A stretch of DNA of 56,762 nucleotides, taken from the IMG/VR virus record IMGVR_UViG_3300042343_001623; one strand, given 5' to 3'. The first letter of the stretch is position 1. The number at the start of each line of letters is the position of its first letter. A program made the translations under genes and the position numbers. This DNA comes from an uncultured virus (IMG/VR IMGVR_UViG_3300042343_001623). Taxonomy: Duplodnaviria > Heunggongvirae > Uroviricota > Caudoviricetes. Under the pieces are notes generated by a model, which was not told where the DNA came from, searched no databases, and worked only from the letters and a program-made list of their open reading frames with translations. Positions 1 to 9,300 of the stretch are shown here, one piece after another.

Positions 1-1321
1 ACTTCTTTCCGTCTCCGAAGTCTATATATCCGTCAATTCCATAAAAATCTTCTCTATTTCCAAGACCACTTACAAGTTCAACGGTGACTTTTCCGTTACT
101 TTTTTCTTCACACACCTTTTTGAATCTATTTTCTGTTGCCTGACCTTTTTCGTGTTGTTTCTTTAAAACATCAAGTATCTTTTCCATCACCCAATCTTGG
201 GTAATTTCATCTTTGAAGGATTTTAACATCCCCAAAAATCTGTTGAAATTTTTATCAAAGGTTGCGTTGTCCTCAGATTTTAGATTTAAATTATCCCACC
301 CCTTCTTTTTTGCGATTTTGTTCATCATAAGAACAAGAAAACACATAAGGGTGTAGTTCGTGTTTGCATAACTCAACACGGATCTTCCGGGTTGTTCTAT
401 ATCATAAAACCCTGACTCAATACCTTGTGATCTATCGGTCTCTTTCCAATTGGAGGAGTACTTGTGTCTAAAAACATCAAAGATAAGTTTGGAGTAGTTC
501 AACTTTTGGTTTCTTGACAATCTGTTGTAAACCACCATTTTAAATCTTGTTCCTTTACAAGGATCAACCGAGTCTTGTTCAGTCAAAATTCTTGATTCTT
601 TGATCTGTTCTTTGGGTTCTTCTTTCTTTTCTCTGTTAATTTGGTCGTTGTATAACTTATTTACAAACTCCCAGTTCACTACCTTCCAAAAGTTTTGAAC
701 ATATTCATCTCTTTTATTTTTGTATTTGAGATAATATGCGTGTTCCCAAAGATCCAACCCAAGAAGTGGATAACCACCATTTTTGATGATATTCATAAGG
801 GGATTATCTTGGTTGGAGGTGCAGATAATCTTCAAGGTGTTTCTTTTGGTGAGAACAAGCCAACACCACCCTGATCCAAATTTTCTTGTTGCGGTGCTTA
901 CAAACTTGTTTTTGAAATTTTCATAAGATCCGAAGTCTTTTCTGATCCTTTTCAAAATTTCTCCGTGAATATTCTGTTTTTCGGGTGTTAACATTTTCCA
1001 AAACAAAGCGTGGTTGAAGGCACCCCCTGCGTTATTTCTTACTGTTGTATTATATCTTGATATATTTTTTACAATCTTTTCAAGATCAACATCGTCTTCA
1101 CCTAACTTCTTCAATGCGGAGTTTAGGTTCTTTACATAACCCTTATAATGTTTGTTGTAGTGAACATTCATAGTCTCAGGATCAATAAACTTCCTTAAAG
1201 ATGCGTAACTGTAAGGTAAATTCTCAATCCCAATGGATTTCATTTCTGTTAACAGTGGGTCTTTCTGTTCGGCTAAGATGATTTGGTTTTTTAAAACATC
1301 GGTTTTGGTTTCAATAGACAT
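1..1321 (-). CDS. sodA: Fe/Mn superoxide dismutase (Mn-type signatures) fused to a >180-aa C-terminal domain; 3'-partial, runs off the window edge
   Basis: Not in the ORF track. Manual translation from ATG 1321 is open to base 2 (440 codons). Motifs: LPYSYASL..FIDPETMNVHYNKHYKGY, NNAGGAFNHALFW, FGSGWCWLV, TSNQDNP, GLDLWEHAYY. There is no stop after VVNWEFV; the frame continues through a charged linker into a second domain. Confidence 0.93.
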   Translation of the reverse strand, partial: MSIETKTDVLKNQIILAEQKDPLLTEMKSIGIENLPYSYASLRKFIDPETMNVHYNKHYKGYVKNLNSALKKLGEDDVDLEKIVKNISRYNTTVRNNAGGAFNHALFWKMLTPEKQNIHGEILKRIRKDFGSYENFKNKFVSTATRKFGSGWCWLVLTKRNTLKIICTSNQDNPLMNIIKNGGYPLLGLDLWEHAYYLKYKNKRDEYVQNFWKVVNWEFVNKLYNDQINREKKEEPKEQIKESRILTEQDSVDPCKGTRFKMVVYNRLSRNQKLNYSKLIFDVFRHKYSSNWKETDRSQGIESGFYDIEQPGRSVLSYANTNYTLMCFLVLMMNKIAKKKGWDNLNLKSEDNATFDKNFNRFLGMLKSFKDEITQDWVMEKILDVLKKQHEKGQATENRFKKVCEEKSNGKVTVELVSGLGNREDFYGIDGYIDFGDGKK

Positions 1322-1345
1322 AATGTGATAGTTTCTTAATAAATA

Positions 1346-3106
1346 TTAAGAGAAGTGTTCCGTAATTAAATTTAAGATTTCTTCGGCCACACTTCCGTCA
1401 TCAACATTATCCCCCATAACGGTTTCAAAAATATCTTTTTTCTTGGTTAGAATATCATAAATCGCACCTTCAATCGTATTTTCAAAGATCGGATAATAAA
1501 CGCTGACTTTGTTGTTTTGTCCAATCCTGTAAGCCCTGTCCTCAGCTTGAGAATGATCTGACGGGACAAATGATAGGTCGTTCATTATCACCACCTCGGC
1601 GGCGGTTAAGGTAATACCGACACCGGCAGCTTTTAAATTTCCGATAAAAACTTTAACATTTTCATCGTTTTGAAATTTGTCCACCGCTTCTTGTCTCTTT
1701 GTTTTGGAACAAGATCCATCAAGATAAACACAATCTTTTTTGTAATAATCCACAAACTGATTTAAAGTGTCGGTAAAATTGGTAAAGATAATCACCTTTT
1801 TTTCCTGATCTATTGCCGAGTTTGCAATTTCTATTGTATTTTGTATTTTTTCTTGGGCGATTATCTGTCTGACCTTCATTAATTTGGAGAACTGAAGTGC
1901 CAAAGATTTGGATTCCTCACTATTTCTATACCACTCATAATATTCACCCATCAAACTCTTATATAAGTTGGATTGTAGATTCAAATAGACGGGTGTTCTA
2001 ATTTTATCGGGAAGATCCAAGATGTCTTCTTTTAATCTTCTTAAGATGGTGGGTTGAGTTCTTTCTCGGAGTTCTTCAAGATTTGATGCTCCGTTTACAT
2101 TCCATATCAACCTGTTTCCTGCTCTGAATTGAAATCCGTTACAATACCTTCTTACATATGCCATCCAATTTTGAGCAACGGAAGAGTCAACCAACTCCAA
2201 AAGGTTAAAATAGTTAATCGGTCTTGAGGTAAGTGGGGTTCCTGTAAGCAACCAAACCCGACCAATTTTTTCTGCCACATCATTACAAAGTTTGGTTCTC
2301 GCTGCTTTTTTATTTTGAATATAATGTGCTTCATCAATAATAACCAAATCAAAGTTTTCTTTAAGAATGGTAGAGTTTTCTCTATTTGATTCATCGTGGA
2401 AGTTTTTGATGATATCATAATTTACAATTACATAATCAGCACTTTCCCACTTTTTCCCTTCAACTATTGATATGGTTTTATCGGTATAGTTTTTAATTTC
2501 TCTATACCAATTGATCTTCAAAGAGGCGGGACAAATAATTAAAACCTTCTTGGATTCAACTTCCAAAGATGCAATTACTGTTGAGGTTGTTTTTCCAAGA
2601 CCCATATCGTCAGCCAATATAAACTTATCATTAGAAACCAATTTTTCGATTGCGATTTTTTGGTGTTCCATAGGTGGTCGGACAGAATACTTATCATAGT
2701 CTATTTTTACCTCTTTTTGTTTCTTCAACAAACTGGCTTTTGGTAAATAGAAGTCGTGTAAATCTTCACTTTCAAAAAACTTCCCCCACACATGAAACGC
2801 CTTATCACCCTCAACCAATAGTTTTTCAATATAAACTTGTTTTGGTGGTTCGGATAATAATTTATCAAGAAATATTTTCTCTGAAAAATAAAAATCAATA
2901 TCAACCCACTTTCTGGCGACCTTTGGGGTTTTGTCGTGGTTTTCTAAAATATATGTCGCTTGGTTTTTGGAGATCTTAAAGTTCTTTTGATTTTTTGAAC
3001 TTTTTTTTAATTTCAGGATATAATTATTGGAACCTTCATAGGTGTCCAAAATTGACATCGCCTTAACTTCAGGCAAATTATGTGTCTTGGATGTTTTTTC
3101 TCCCAT
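1346..3106 (-). CDS. SNF2-family (HARP/SMARCAL1-like) helicase/ATPase
   Basis: ILADDMGLGKT, LIICPASLKINW, IIDEAH, LLTGTP, LRRLKEDIL.LP.K, GVGITLTAA, QAEDRAYRIGQ motifs. Confidence 0.93.
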   Translation of the reverse strand: MGEKTSKTHNLPEVKAMSILDTYEGSNNYILKLKKSSKNQKNFKISKNQATYILENHDKTPKVARKWVDIDFYFSEKIFLDKLLSEPPKQVYIEKLLVEGDKAFHVWGKFFESEDLHDFYLPKASLLKKQKEVKIDYDKYSVRPPMEHQKIAIEKLVSNDKFILADDMGLGKTTSTVIASLEVESKKVLIICPASLKINWYREIKNYTDKTISIVEGKKWESADYVIVNYDIIKNFHDESNRENSTILKENFDLVIIDEAHYIQNKKAARTKLCNDVAEKIGRVWLLTGTPLTSRPINYFNLLELVDSSVAQNWMAYVRRYCNGFQFRAGNRLIWNVNGASNLEELRERTQPTILRRLKEDILDLPDKIRTPVYLNLQSNLYKSLMGEYYEWYRNSEESKSLALQFSKLMKVRQIIAQEKIQNTIEIANSAIDQEKKVIIFTNFTDTLNQFVDYYKKDCVYLDGSCSKTKRQEAVDKFQNDENVKVFIGNLKAAGVGITLTAAEVVIMNDLSFVPSDHSQAEDRAYRIGQNNKVSVYYPIFENTIEGAIYDILTKKKDIFETVMGDNVDDGSVAEEILNLITEHFS

Positions 3107-3116
3107 AACGTAATAA

Positions 3117-3145
3117 AAAATAGTTTATTTTTGTGTATTTATCAA
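3117..3145 (-). promoter_or_regulatory. Putative sigma70-like early/middle promoter for the SNF2 gene
   Basis: Minus strand TTGATA-N17-TATTTT, ending 10 nt before the ATG at 3106; overlaps the divergent TATTTAT motif. Confidence 0.45.
3136..3142 (+). promoter_or_regulatory. TATTTAT putative late-promoter motif (one of about 15 copies upstream of genes)
   Basis: The motif also occurs at 4513, 6326, 9555 (TATTTAA), 10472, 12062, 23494, 27884, 32796, 33269, 33930/33954, 36328, 52607, 53682 (+) and 1345-1339 (-). These copies are intergenic and on the coding strand shortly before an ATG. Confidence 0.7.
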
Positions 3146-3149
3146 TAAT

Positions 3150-3623
3150 ATGAAAGACCTGATCAAAAAAATATTAAAAGAGGAAACATCAGATCTCAAA
3201 CCCGCATTGATTAAAGCATTCTATGGTTTCATGGAAATGGAGACACAAGGTTATGAGATTTATGTTGATATTCCTGAAAACAGATTTAGATACAATCCTG
3301 AGTCCATTTGGATCATCAATCCAAAGACCAAAGGATGGATTATAGGATTACTAAAATCAGGAAAACTTTGGTATTATGGCCCACTTTACGACAATTTTTT
3401 AAATTGGTTTAATGAGGAACGTTCTGTATTTGAACAACTTATAAGGATGTGGGTGGAGGACGTTCTCAAAAGAGGGGTATTAACAATTCCGGTCCCAATG
3501 CCGGCAGCGATCCGTTCGGTGGGGGACGTTCTCAAAAGAGGGATATTAACAACACGGTTTCACTTCGCTCCAGGGGACGACCGGGTGGAAGACGTTCTCA
3601 AAAAAGGAATTAAAATATCATGA
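3150..3623 (+). CDS. Hypothetical protein with MKDLIKKILKEE leader and two C-terminal 22-aa repeats with variable halves
   Basis: 157-aa ORF; tandem paralog of 3620..4027; ATGA overlap with the next gene. Confidence 0.85.
   Translation: MKDLIKKILKEETSDLKPALIKAFYGFMEMETQGYEIYVDIPENRFRYNPESIWIINPKTKGWIIGLLKSGKLWYYGPLYDNFLNWFNEERSVFEQLIRMWVEDVLKRGVLTIPVPMPAAIRSVGDVLKRGILTTRFHFAPGDDRVEDVLKKGIKIS
3453..3615 (+). repeat. In-frame 66-nt tandem repeat: constant ~33 nt plus variable 33 nt (2 full units and a third constant half)
   Basis: GTGGAGGACGTTCTCAAAAGAGGGGTATTAACA at 3453, GTGGGGGACGTTCTCAAAAGAGGGATATTAACA at 3519, GTGGAAGACGTTCTCAAAAAAGGAATTAAAA at 3585; homologous unit at 3923-3988 and 3989 in the paralog. 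Confidence 0.9.
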
Positions 3624-4027
3624 AAGACCTAATCAAGAAAATATTAAAAGAGGAAACATCGGATATCAAACCGTCTTTGATCAGAGCATTCTATACTTTC
3701 ATGGAGATGGAAATGGAGGGTTATAACATTTATGTAGATACTCCTGAAAATAGATTTGAATACAATCCTGAATCCATTTGGATTATAAATCCAGACACTA
3801 AAGGATGGATTATAGGATTTAAAAGGTTCGGAAAACTTTGGTATAACACTCAACTTTACGAAAATTTTTTAATTTGGTTTAAGGAGGACAAATCTGTATT
3901 TGAACAACTTATAACGATGTGGGTGGAGGACTTTCTAAGAAGAAAAGTGTCAACAATACGAATGATTTACACCGATATGAATCCCGAGGTGGAGGACGTT
4001 CTCATTACAGGAATTGAACTACAATGA
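3620..4027 (+). CDS. Hypothetical protein, paralog of 3150..3623 with one 22-aa repeat unit
   Basis: 135 aa, exactly 22 aa shorter than the paralog; shares PENRF.YNPESIWIINP.TKGWIIG and SVFEQLI.MWVED. Confidence 0.85.
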   Translation: MKDLIKKILKEETSDIKPSLIRAFYTFMEMEMEGYNIYVDTPENRFEYNPESIWIINPDTKGWIIGFKRFGKLWYNTQLYENFLIWFKEDKSVFEQLITMWVEDFLRRKVSTIRMIYTDMNPEVEDVLITGIELQ

Positions 4028-4497
4028 AAGACTTAATCAAAAAAATTTTAAAAGAGGAAACAGAAGAGGTATTGGTAATACCGGGTTTTAATATTTTTCT
4101 TGATGGTGAAGAAGGATTACTTAATTTTTTGAGAAAATACGGTCATAAAAAATGGTCATTTAATGATGATTTAGATTTTTTCAACAGAAAAATTCTTGTA
4201 ACTCTTTTTGATAACCCTGAAGACCTAAAATATTTAAATAATTTGGTTGATGTTTATGGTGAACTTGATCTTTATAGGGTTAAAGATTTAAAAAGTTTAA
4301 ATAATTTAAAACGTGTGTATGGTAATATGGATATTCGTGGAACTTCAATCACATCGTTAGATAGTTTGGAATATGTTGAAGGTGCTTTAAGGGTTAATTC
4401 AAAACTTATTGAACCAATTCTTGAACGAATAAAGTCAGGGAAACTTAAAGTTGAGGAACTATATCATTATTTCGACCAAGTACCACTACCCGAATAA
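4024..4497 (+). CDS. MKDLIKKILKEE-leader protein with short leucine-rich (LxxVxGxLxL-type) repeats
   Basis: LNNLVDVYGELDL / LNNLKRVYGNMDI / LDSLEYVEGALRV periodic units; only the first 13 codons match the two upstream genes. Confidence 0.75.
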   Translation: MKDLIKKILKEETEEVLVIPGFNIFLDGEEGLLNFLRKYGHKKWSFNDDLDFFNRKILVTLFDNPEDLKYLNNLVDVYGELDLYRVKDLKSLNNLKRVYGNMDIRGTSITSLDSLEYVEGALRVNSKLIEPILERIKSGKLKVEELYHYFDQVPLPE

Positions 4498-4524
4498 AAA
4501 ACTTATTTTCAATATTTATAGTGT

Positions 4525-5037
4525 ATGAATAGAAAAGTACCTATAAACAGGCTTTCAAAATTTTTTGGTGATAAAGATTTTTCTTTAGAATTAGAGATGG
4601 GTCAAGAATGGCTCTATGGTGATATGAACTTTACATTAGTTTTATATCAAATAGATCAGTCCAAAACAAAAAAAAGTAATGTTTACGGTGAAGTAGAAGA
4701 AGATGGAATTGTTTATAAAACACCCGTTGAATTCAAAGGTTATGTAAGAGTTATGGAACCCCAAAATGAAAACTTGGGATCCACCAAACTCAGAAACTTA
4801 GAACCTGGAAATATTCAAATATCTGTTTATATTTCAGAACTTGAAGAGTTGGGTATAGACATAAAATATGGTGATTATATCGGTTATTATGAAACCGAAT
4901 CAAGAGTCAGATATTATACTGTAGTAAACGACGGAAAAGTAACTTCAGACAATAAACACACTTACGGAGGGGTATATCCTTATTATAGGACAATTATTGC
5001 TTCACCCGTTAAGGACAACGAATTTAGAGGAAACTGA
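4525..5037 (+). CDS. Putative neck/head-closure protein (T4 gp14-like)
   Basis: LVLYQID..KT...VYGE motif, size, and position before the tail terminator and sheath genes. Confidence 0.5.
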   Translation: MNRKVPINRLSKFFGDKDFSLELEMGQEWLYGDMNFTLVLYQIDQSKTKKSNVYGEVEEDGIVYKTPVEFKGYVRVMEPQNENLGSTKLRNLEPGNIQISVYISELEELGIDIKYGDYIGYYETESRVRYYTVVNDGKVTSDNKHTYGGVYPYYRTIIASPVKDNEFRGN

Positions 5038-6074
5038 TGGGATTTCCAAAGAAGATAAAGAAGAAAATTGACTTAGTTCCTGATAAGATACTTCTTGATA
5101 GGAGGGAACAACTTTTGGATTATATTACAGAAGATGGAACTTATCTTCCCAAAAGTATTCTACACGAAGATCTTGATTTGGGAATGTTGGAGTTTGTGAA
5201 GAATGATCTTTCAACCGTTGTGTCAGGAAAAAAAATACCCACCATTGATATTATCATTACGACTCAGAATTGGGCACAATTTGCTGAAACTTGGAATTTT
5301 ACGGATTTAGATGAAAATATAAATCCACCCTTTATCGCTACTGTTAGAAACCCTGATGTAAAATTCGGAACCAATCCGGCTCTGAAATATAACATTCCAA
5401 ACAAAAAAATGTTTTATTATGCCAAGGTTCCAACGTGGGATGGAAACAGAAAAGGTATGGATATTTACAAAATACCTCAACCTGTTCCTGTTGATATAAC
5501 ATTCAATGTCAAGATTTTTTGTAATAGAATGACTGAGTTGAATGCATTTAACAAAGTCGTTGTTTCTAAATTTGCTTCACGACAGGCTTATACATTTATT
5601 AAGGGTCACTATATTCCGATTATATTAGAAAATGTTTCGGATGAATCTGTTTTGGATTTGGAAAAAAGAAAGTACTATATTCAAGATTATAGTTTTACAA
5701 TGCTTGGGTTTTTGATTGATGAAAAAGAGTTTGAGGTCTATCCAGCCATTAATAGAATCCTTCAGATGGTTGAGGTGGTCCCTCCAAAAAGAAAGAGGCA
5801 AAAATTTGTTGTTCCTGATTTAAGAGATTCTAACTTTTCTTTTTCTTACTTAAATGGGCTTACAACTTTAAGTCAAAAATTTGATTTCAATGCCGATCTG
5901 ACCTTTGGTGATTTAATCAATGTTGAAAGTTACTATGTCTACGTCAATAATGAATATTTTGGTGAAAACTCTCCTTTAGTTTTTGTAAATAATGGTGATA
6001 TTGTTTCGATTACCATTAGGAAGGTGGACGATAATGAAGATAGTAAAATTATGGTGACATCAAAGTTGATTTGA
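5037..6074 (+). CDS. Putative tail terminator/sheath stabiliser (T4 gp15-like)
   Basis: PQPVPVDITFNVKIF..RMTELN pattern; directly upstream of the sheath gene. Confidence 0.5.
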   Translation: MGFPKKIKKKIDLVPDKILLDRREQLLDYITEDGTYLPKSILHEDLDLGMLEFVKNDLSTVVSGKKIPTIDIIITTQNWAQFAETWNFTDLDENINPPFIATVRNPDVKFGTNPALKYNIPNKKMFYYAKVPTWDGNRKGMDIYKIPQPVPVDITFNVKIFCNRMTELNAFNKVVVSKFASRQAYTFIKGHYIPIILENVSDESVLDLEKRKYYIQDYSFTMLGFLIDEKEFEVYPAINRILQMVEVVPPKRKRQKFVVPDLRDSNFSFSYLNGLTTLSQKFDFNADLTFGDLINVESYYVYVNNEYFGENSPLVFVNNGDIVSITIRKVDDNEDSKIMVTSKLI

Positions 6075-6215
6075 TCATTCACCATATATGTCTTTCTTTT
6101 TTTTACAATTATCCGTAATTAATTTTTCCACAAATTTGTGTATTTTAATACCATTCTTCATACAGTAATTTTTTAATACTAAATGATGTTCTTCTGATAT
6201 TTTTATATTCTTCAT
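6075..6215 (-). CDS. Small ribbon-helix-helix-like DNA-binding protein (46 aa)
   Basis: Below the ORF-track cutoff. MKNIKISEEHHLVLKNYCMKNGIKIHKFVEKLITDNCKKKKDIYGE has an alternating beta-strand start (KNIKI), then helix-G-helix. Its stop abuts the stop of 5037..6074. Confidence 0.7.
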   Translation of the reverse strand: MKNIKISEEHHLVLKNYCMKNGIKIHKFVEKLITDNCKKKKDIYGE

Positions 6216-6221
6216 GTAGAA

Positions 6222-6249
6222 AATATACGTTAATGACGTATTAAATCAA
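6222..6249 (-). promoter_or_regulatory. Putative sigma70-like promoter with internal palindromic operator for the small RHH gene
   Basis: Minus strand TTGATT-N16-TATATT; ATACGT-N5-ACGTAT inverted repeat at 6225-6241. Confidence 0.45.
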
Positions 6250-6366
6250 GGATAAAAAAAGAAGAAAAAATTATCTTTTTTTGAAAATTTGTTTTGTAAC
6301 CCCATTCTTTTGAGATTTTCCATAATATTTATGAAAAAATAAAAGTAAAGAATTTTTAATCAAAAA

Positions 6367-9300
6367 ATGGCAACAGCAAATTCAGTATTCGTATCTCCTG
6401 GAGTATATACTTCAGAACGAGACTTATCATTTGTGGCTCAAAGTGTTGGTGTTACCACATTAGGTCTCGTCGGTGAGACTTTACAGGGACCCGCGTTTGA
6501 ACCCGTCTTCATCAGAAATTTCGATGAATTCCAATTGTATTTTGGAGGAACCAATCCAACCAAATTTGTAAACACTCAAATCCCAAAATATGAAGCGGCT
6601 TATATAGCTAAAGCATATCTTCAACAATCTAATCAACTTTTTGTAACAAGAATTTTGGGTCTTTCGGGATATGATGCTGGACCATCTTGGTCTATCAAAA
6701 CAATATCTAATCCCGATGTGAACACCATAGGTCTTTCTTCTGACTTGGGCACCTTTGGTTTCACTTTCGTCGGTACAACAGCATCAACCACTAGTATAAC
6801 TATCACTCTTTCAGGTGGTGGTGCTAGTTCTTATATTTCAAGTGTCACTGGAAACACTGTAACTTTTGCAGATGGTACAAGTTCTACTATCTTGGATGAA
6901 CTTGAGGGTTTTGCTTTTGATGTTATTTCCGATAATACTTTATCTGGTGATACAGCATATGTATATGGTTCTTTATCTGCCGGTACGTTCAACGCTCTCA
7001 CCGCTGCTGGTTTCACTGAACTCGTCAATGTTTTTGGTTGTGATAATCTGAACGAGTCAAGTGCTGATTTAACAGCAGTTAGTAATGACACTTGGTACTA
7101 CGGTTTGTTTGAGTTGACAAATAATACATACTCAGGTCTTTCATTCTCTTCTCGTATTTCGACTCTTGTAACCAATGGTACAGGTTCGTATACAGGAACT
7201 TGTGTTGGTTTTGTGAACTCCTATACCGCTGACACTTATTCTGATTCACATGATTTGATCGTGGGTACATTCAGATCTCGAGGAGTTTCTCAATACACCG
7301 ATAATACTAATCCTACTTATGAGGTTACAGGAACTACCGATGTTGTTATGTTAGACAACTTGGATGGTATTTCACAAAATCCTTTCAACAATTTCACAGT
7401 TTCTGGTATTACCAAAGATTCTGTCACCTTCAGTTTCCAAACTTCTTTCCAATCATCGAATACCGACTTTGTCGGAAAAGTATTTGGTAGATCTAACTTT
7501 AACAAAGATAGAACCGAGGTTCCTTTGTTCATCGAGGAGGAATATTCAGGTCTTTTAGCGACACTTTACAACCAAGGTAAAGTTAGAGGTCTCTCTACAA
7601 GTTTGGTGTCGTTCGATTCCGCTCAAAGTTTGGATCCTAACACTATCGGTTGGTACTGTGAACAATATCAGACACCCGCGACACCTTACGTGGTTTCAGA
7701 ACTGCGTGGTGATATAGTGGAAAGATTGTTCAGATTTATTTCAATTTCTGACGGAAACAATGCAAATAGACAAATTAAGATTTCTTTGGTCAACATGTCT
7801 TTCGCAAACAATAACTTTGACATTTTAGTTCGTGATTTCTACGACACAGATGAAAATCCTGTTGTTTTAGAGAGATTTGCAAACTGTACGATGAATGTTT
7901 CAAGTCCGAGCTACATCGCTCAGAAAGTCGGAACAGCTAATGGTGAATATGAGTTGAAATCTAAGTACATCATGCTCGAATTAGTGGAGGGTCACCCAGT
8001 TGACGCACTTCCTTGTGGATTCGAAGGTTATATTTCGAGAAATTACTCAACAAATATTTCACCTTTCTTGGTCTATAAAACACAATACTACACACCTGGT
8101 CAACTTGTTTATACCCCTCCATTTAACATTCCTGTACTAACAGCGGGTGGTGGAGCTTCTAATGTAAGAAGTTCGGGAGATAAGGTAAGAAGAACTTACT
8201 TGGGTATTTCGAATGTACAAGGATTCGATGCTGACTTCTTCTCCTACAAAGGAAAACAATTACCTGACAATATAGCTACTGACACCACCTCGGCAGATTG
8301 GAACTACCTAACTCAAGGTTTCCATATGGATGTTAATGCAAGTGCAATTACAATACCAAGTACTTACGTCACTTCAGGTCAAACAGCTTACCAATGTGGT
8401 GTTGCTACCTTCCAAGCAGAACCAACATCTTCATCAAGTCCATACTATAAAATTTTCTCACGTAAATTTACTATTTTACCGGCAGGTGGTTTTGACGGGT
8501 GGGACATCTACAGAGAATACAGAACTAACGCGGACGCTTACCAACTCGGAGATACAAAATATCTTCTTGGGGCCGCAGCAACGGCTCAATTCCCTGACGC
8601 GTCAGGATGGGGAGCATTCAAGAAAATTACCGATGGTGAAAACACAGAGTGGGCGAATACTGACTACTACGCTTACCTCAAAGGTTTCCAAACATTCAAT
8701 AATCCAGCGTCTGTCAACATCAACGTATTTGTAACACCGGGTATTGATTATGTAAATAACTTAGCTTTGGTACTAGACGCTATTGATATTGTAGAACAGG
8801 ATAGAGCTGACTCGATTTACATTACCACTACACCCGATTATGAAATGTTTGTGTCATCCACCTCGAATCCTGATGACTTCATCTACCCAACAGATGCGGT
8901 GGTTAATTTAGAGGACAGTGACATCGATTCGAACTATACCGCTACATACTACCCTTGGATTTTGGTAAAAGATAGTGTGAACAATACAAATCTTTGGATC
9001 CCACCAACATCTGAGGTTGTAAGGAACTTAGCTCTTACCGACAACATTGCTTTCCCTTGGTTTGCATCGGCGGGTTACTCGAGAGGTTTGGTTAATGCGG
9101 TCAAAGCAAGAAGAAAACTCACACAAGAAGATAGAGACATCCTTTATCAAGGAAGAATCAACCCGATCGCAACATTCTCTGATGTGGGTCCTGTGATTTG
9201 GGGTAATAAAACTCTCCAAGTTCGTGAGTCGGCACTTGACAGAATCAACGTAAGAAGATTGTTGTTACAAGCTCGTAAGTTGATTTCAGCGGTTGCTGTG

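Noticed and set aside
3453..3615. Canonical CRISPR array (repeat ~34 nt, spacer ~32 nt)
   Set aside because: Only two spacer-like segments, degenerate repeats, fully in frame within a gene and mirrored in a paralog, and no cas genes or leader in the window. Kept as a finding of unknown mechanism instead.
3150..4497. Complete classical DGR
   Set aside because: No reverse transcriptase or template repeat is visible in the window, and the differences cannot be shown to be adenine-specific
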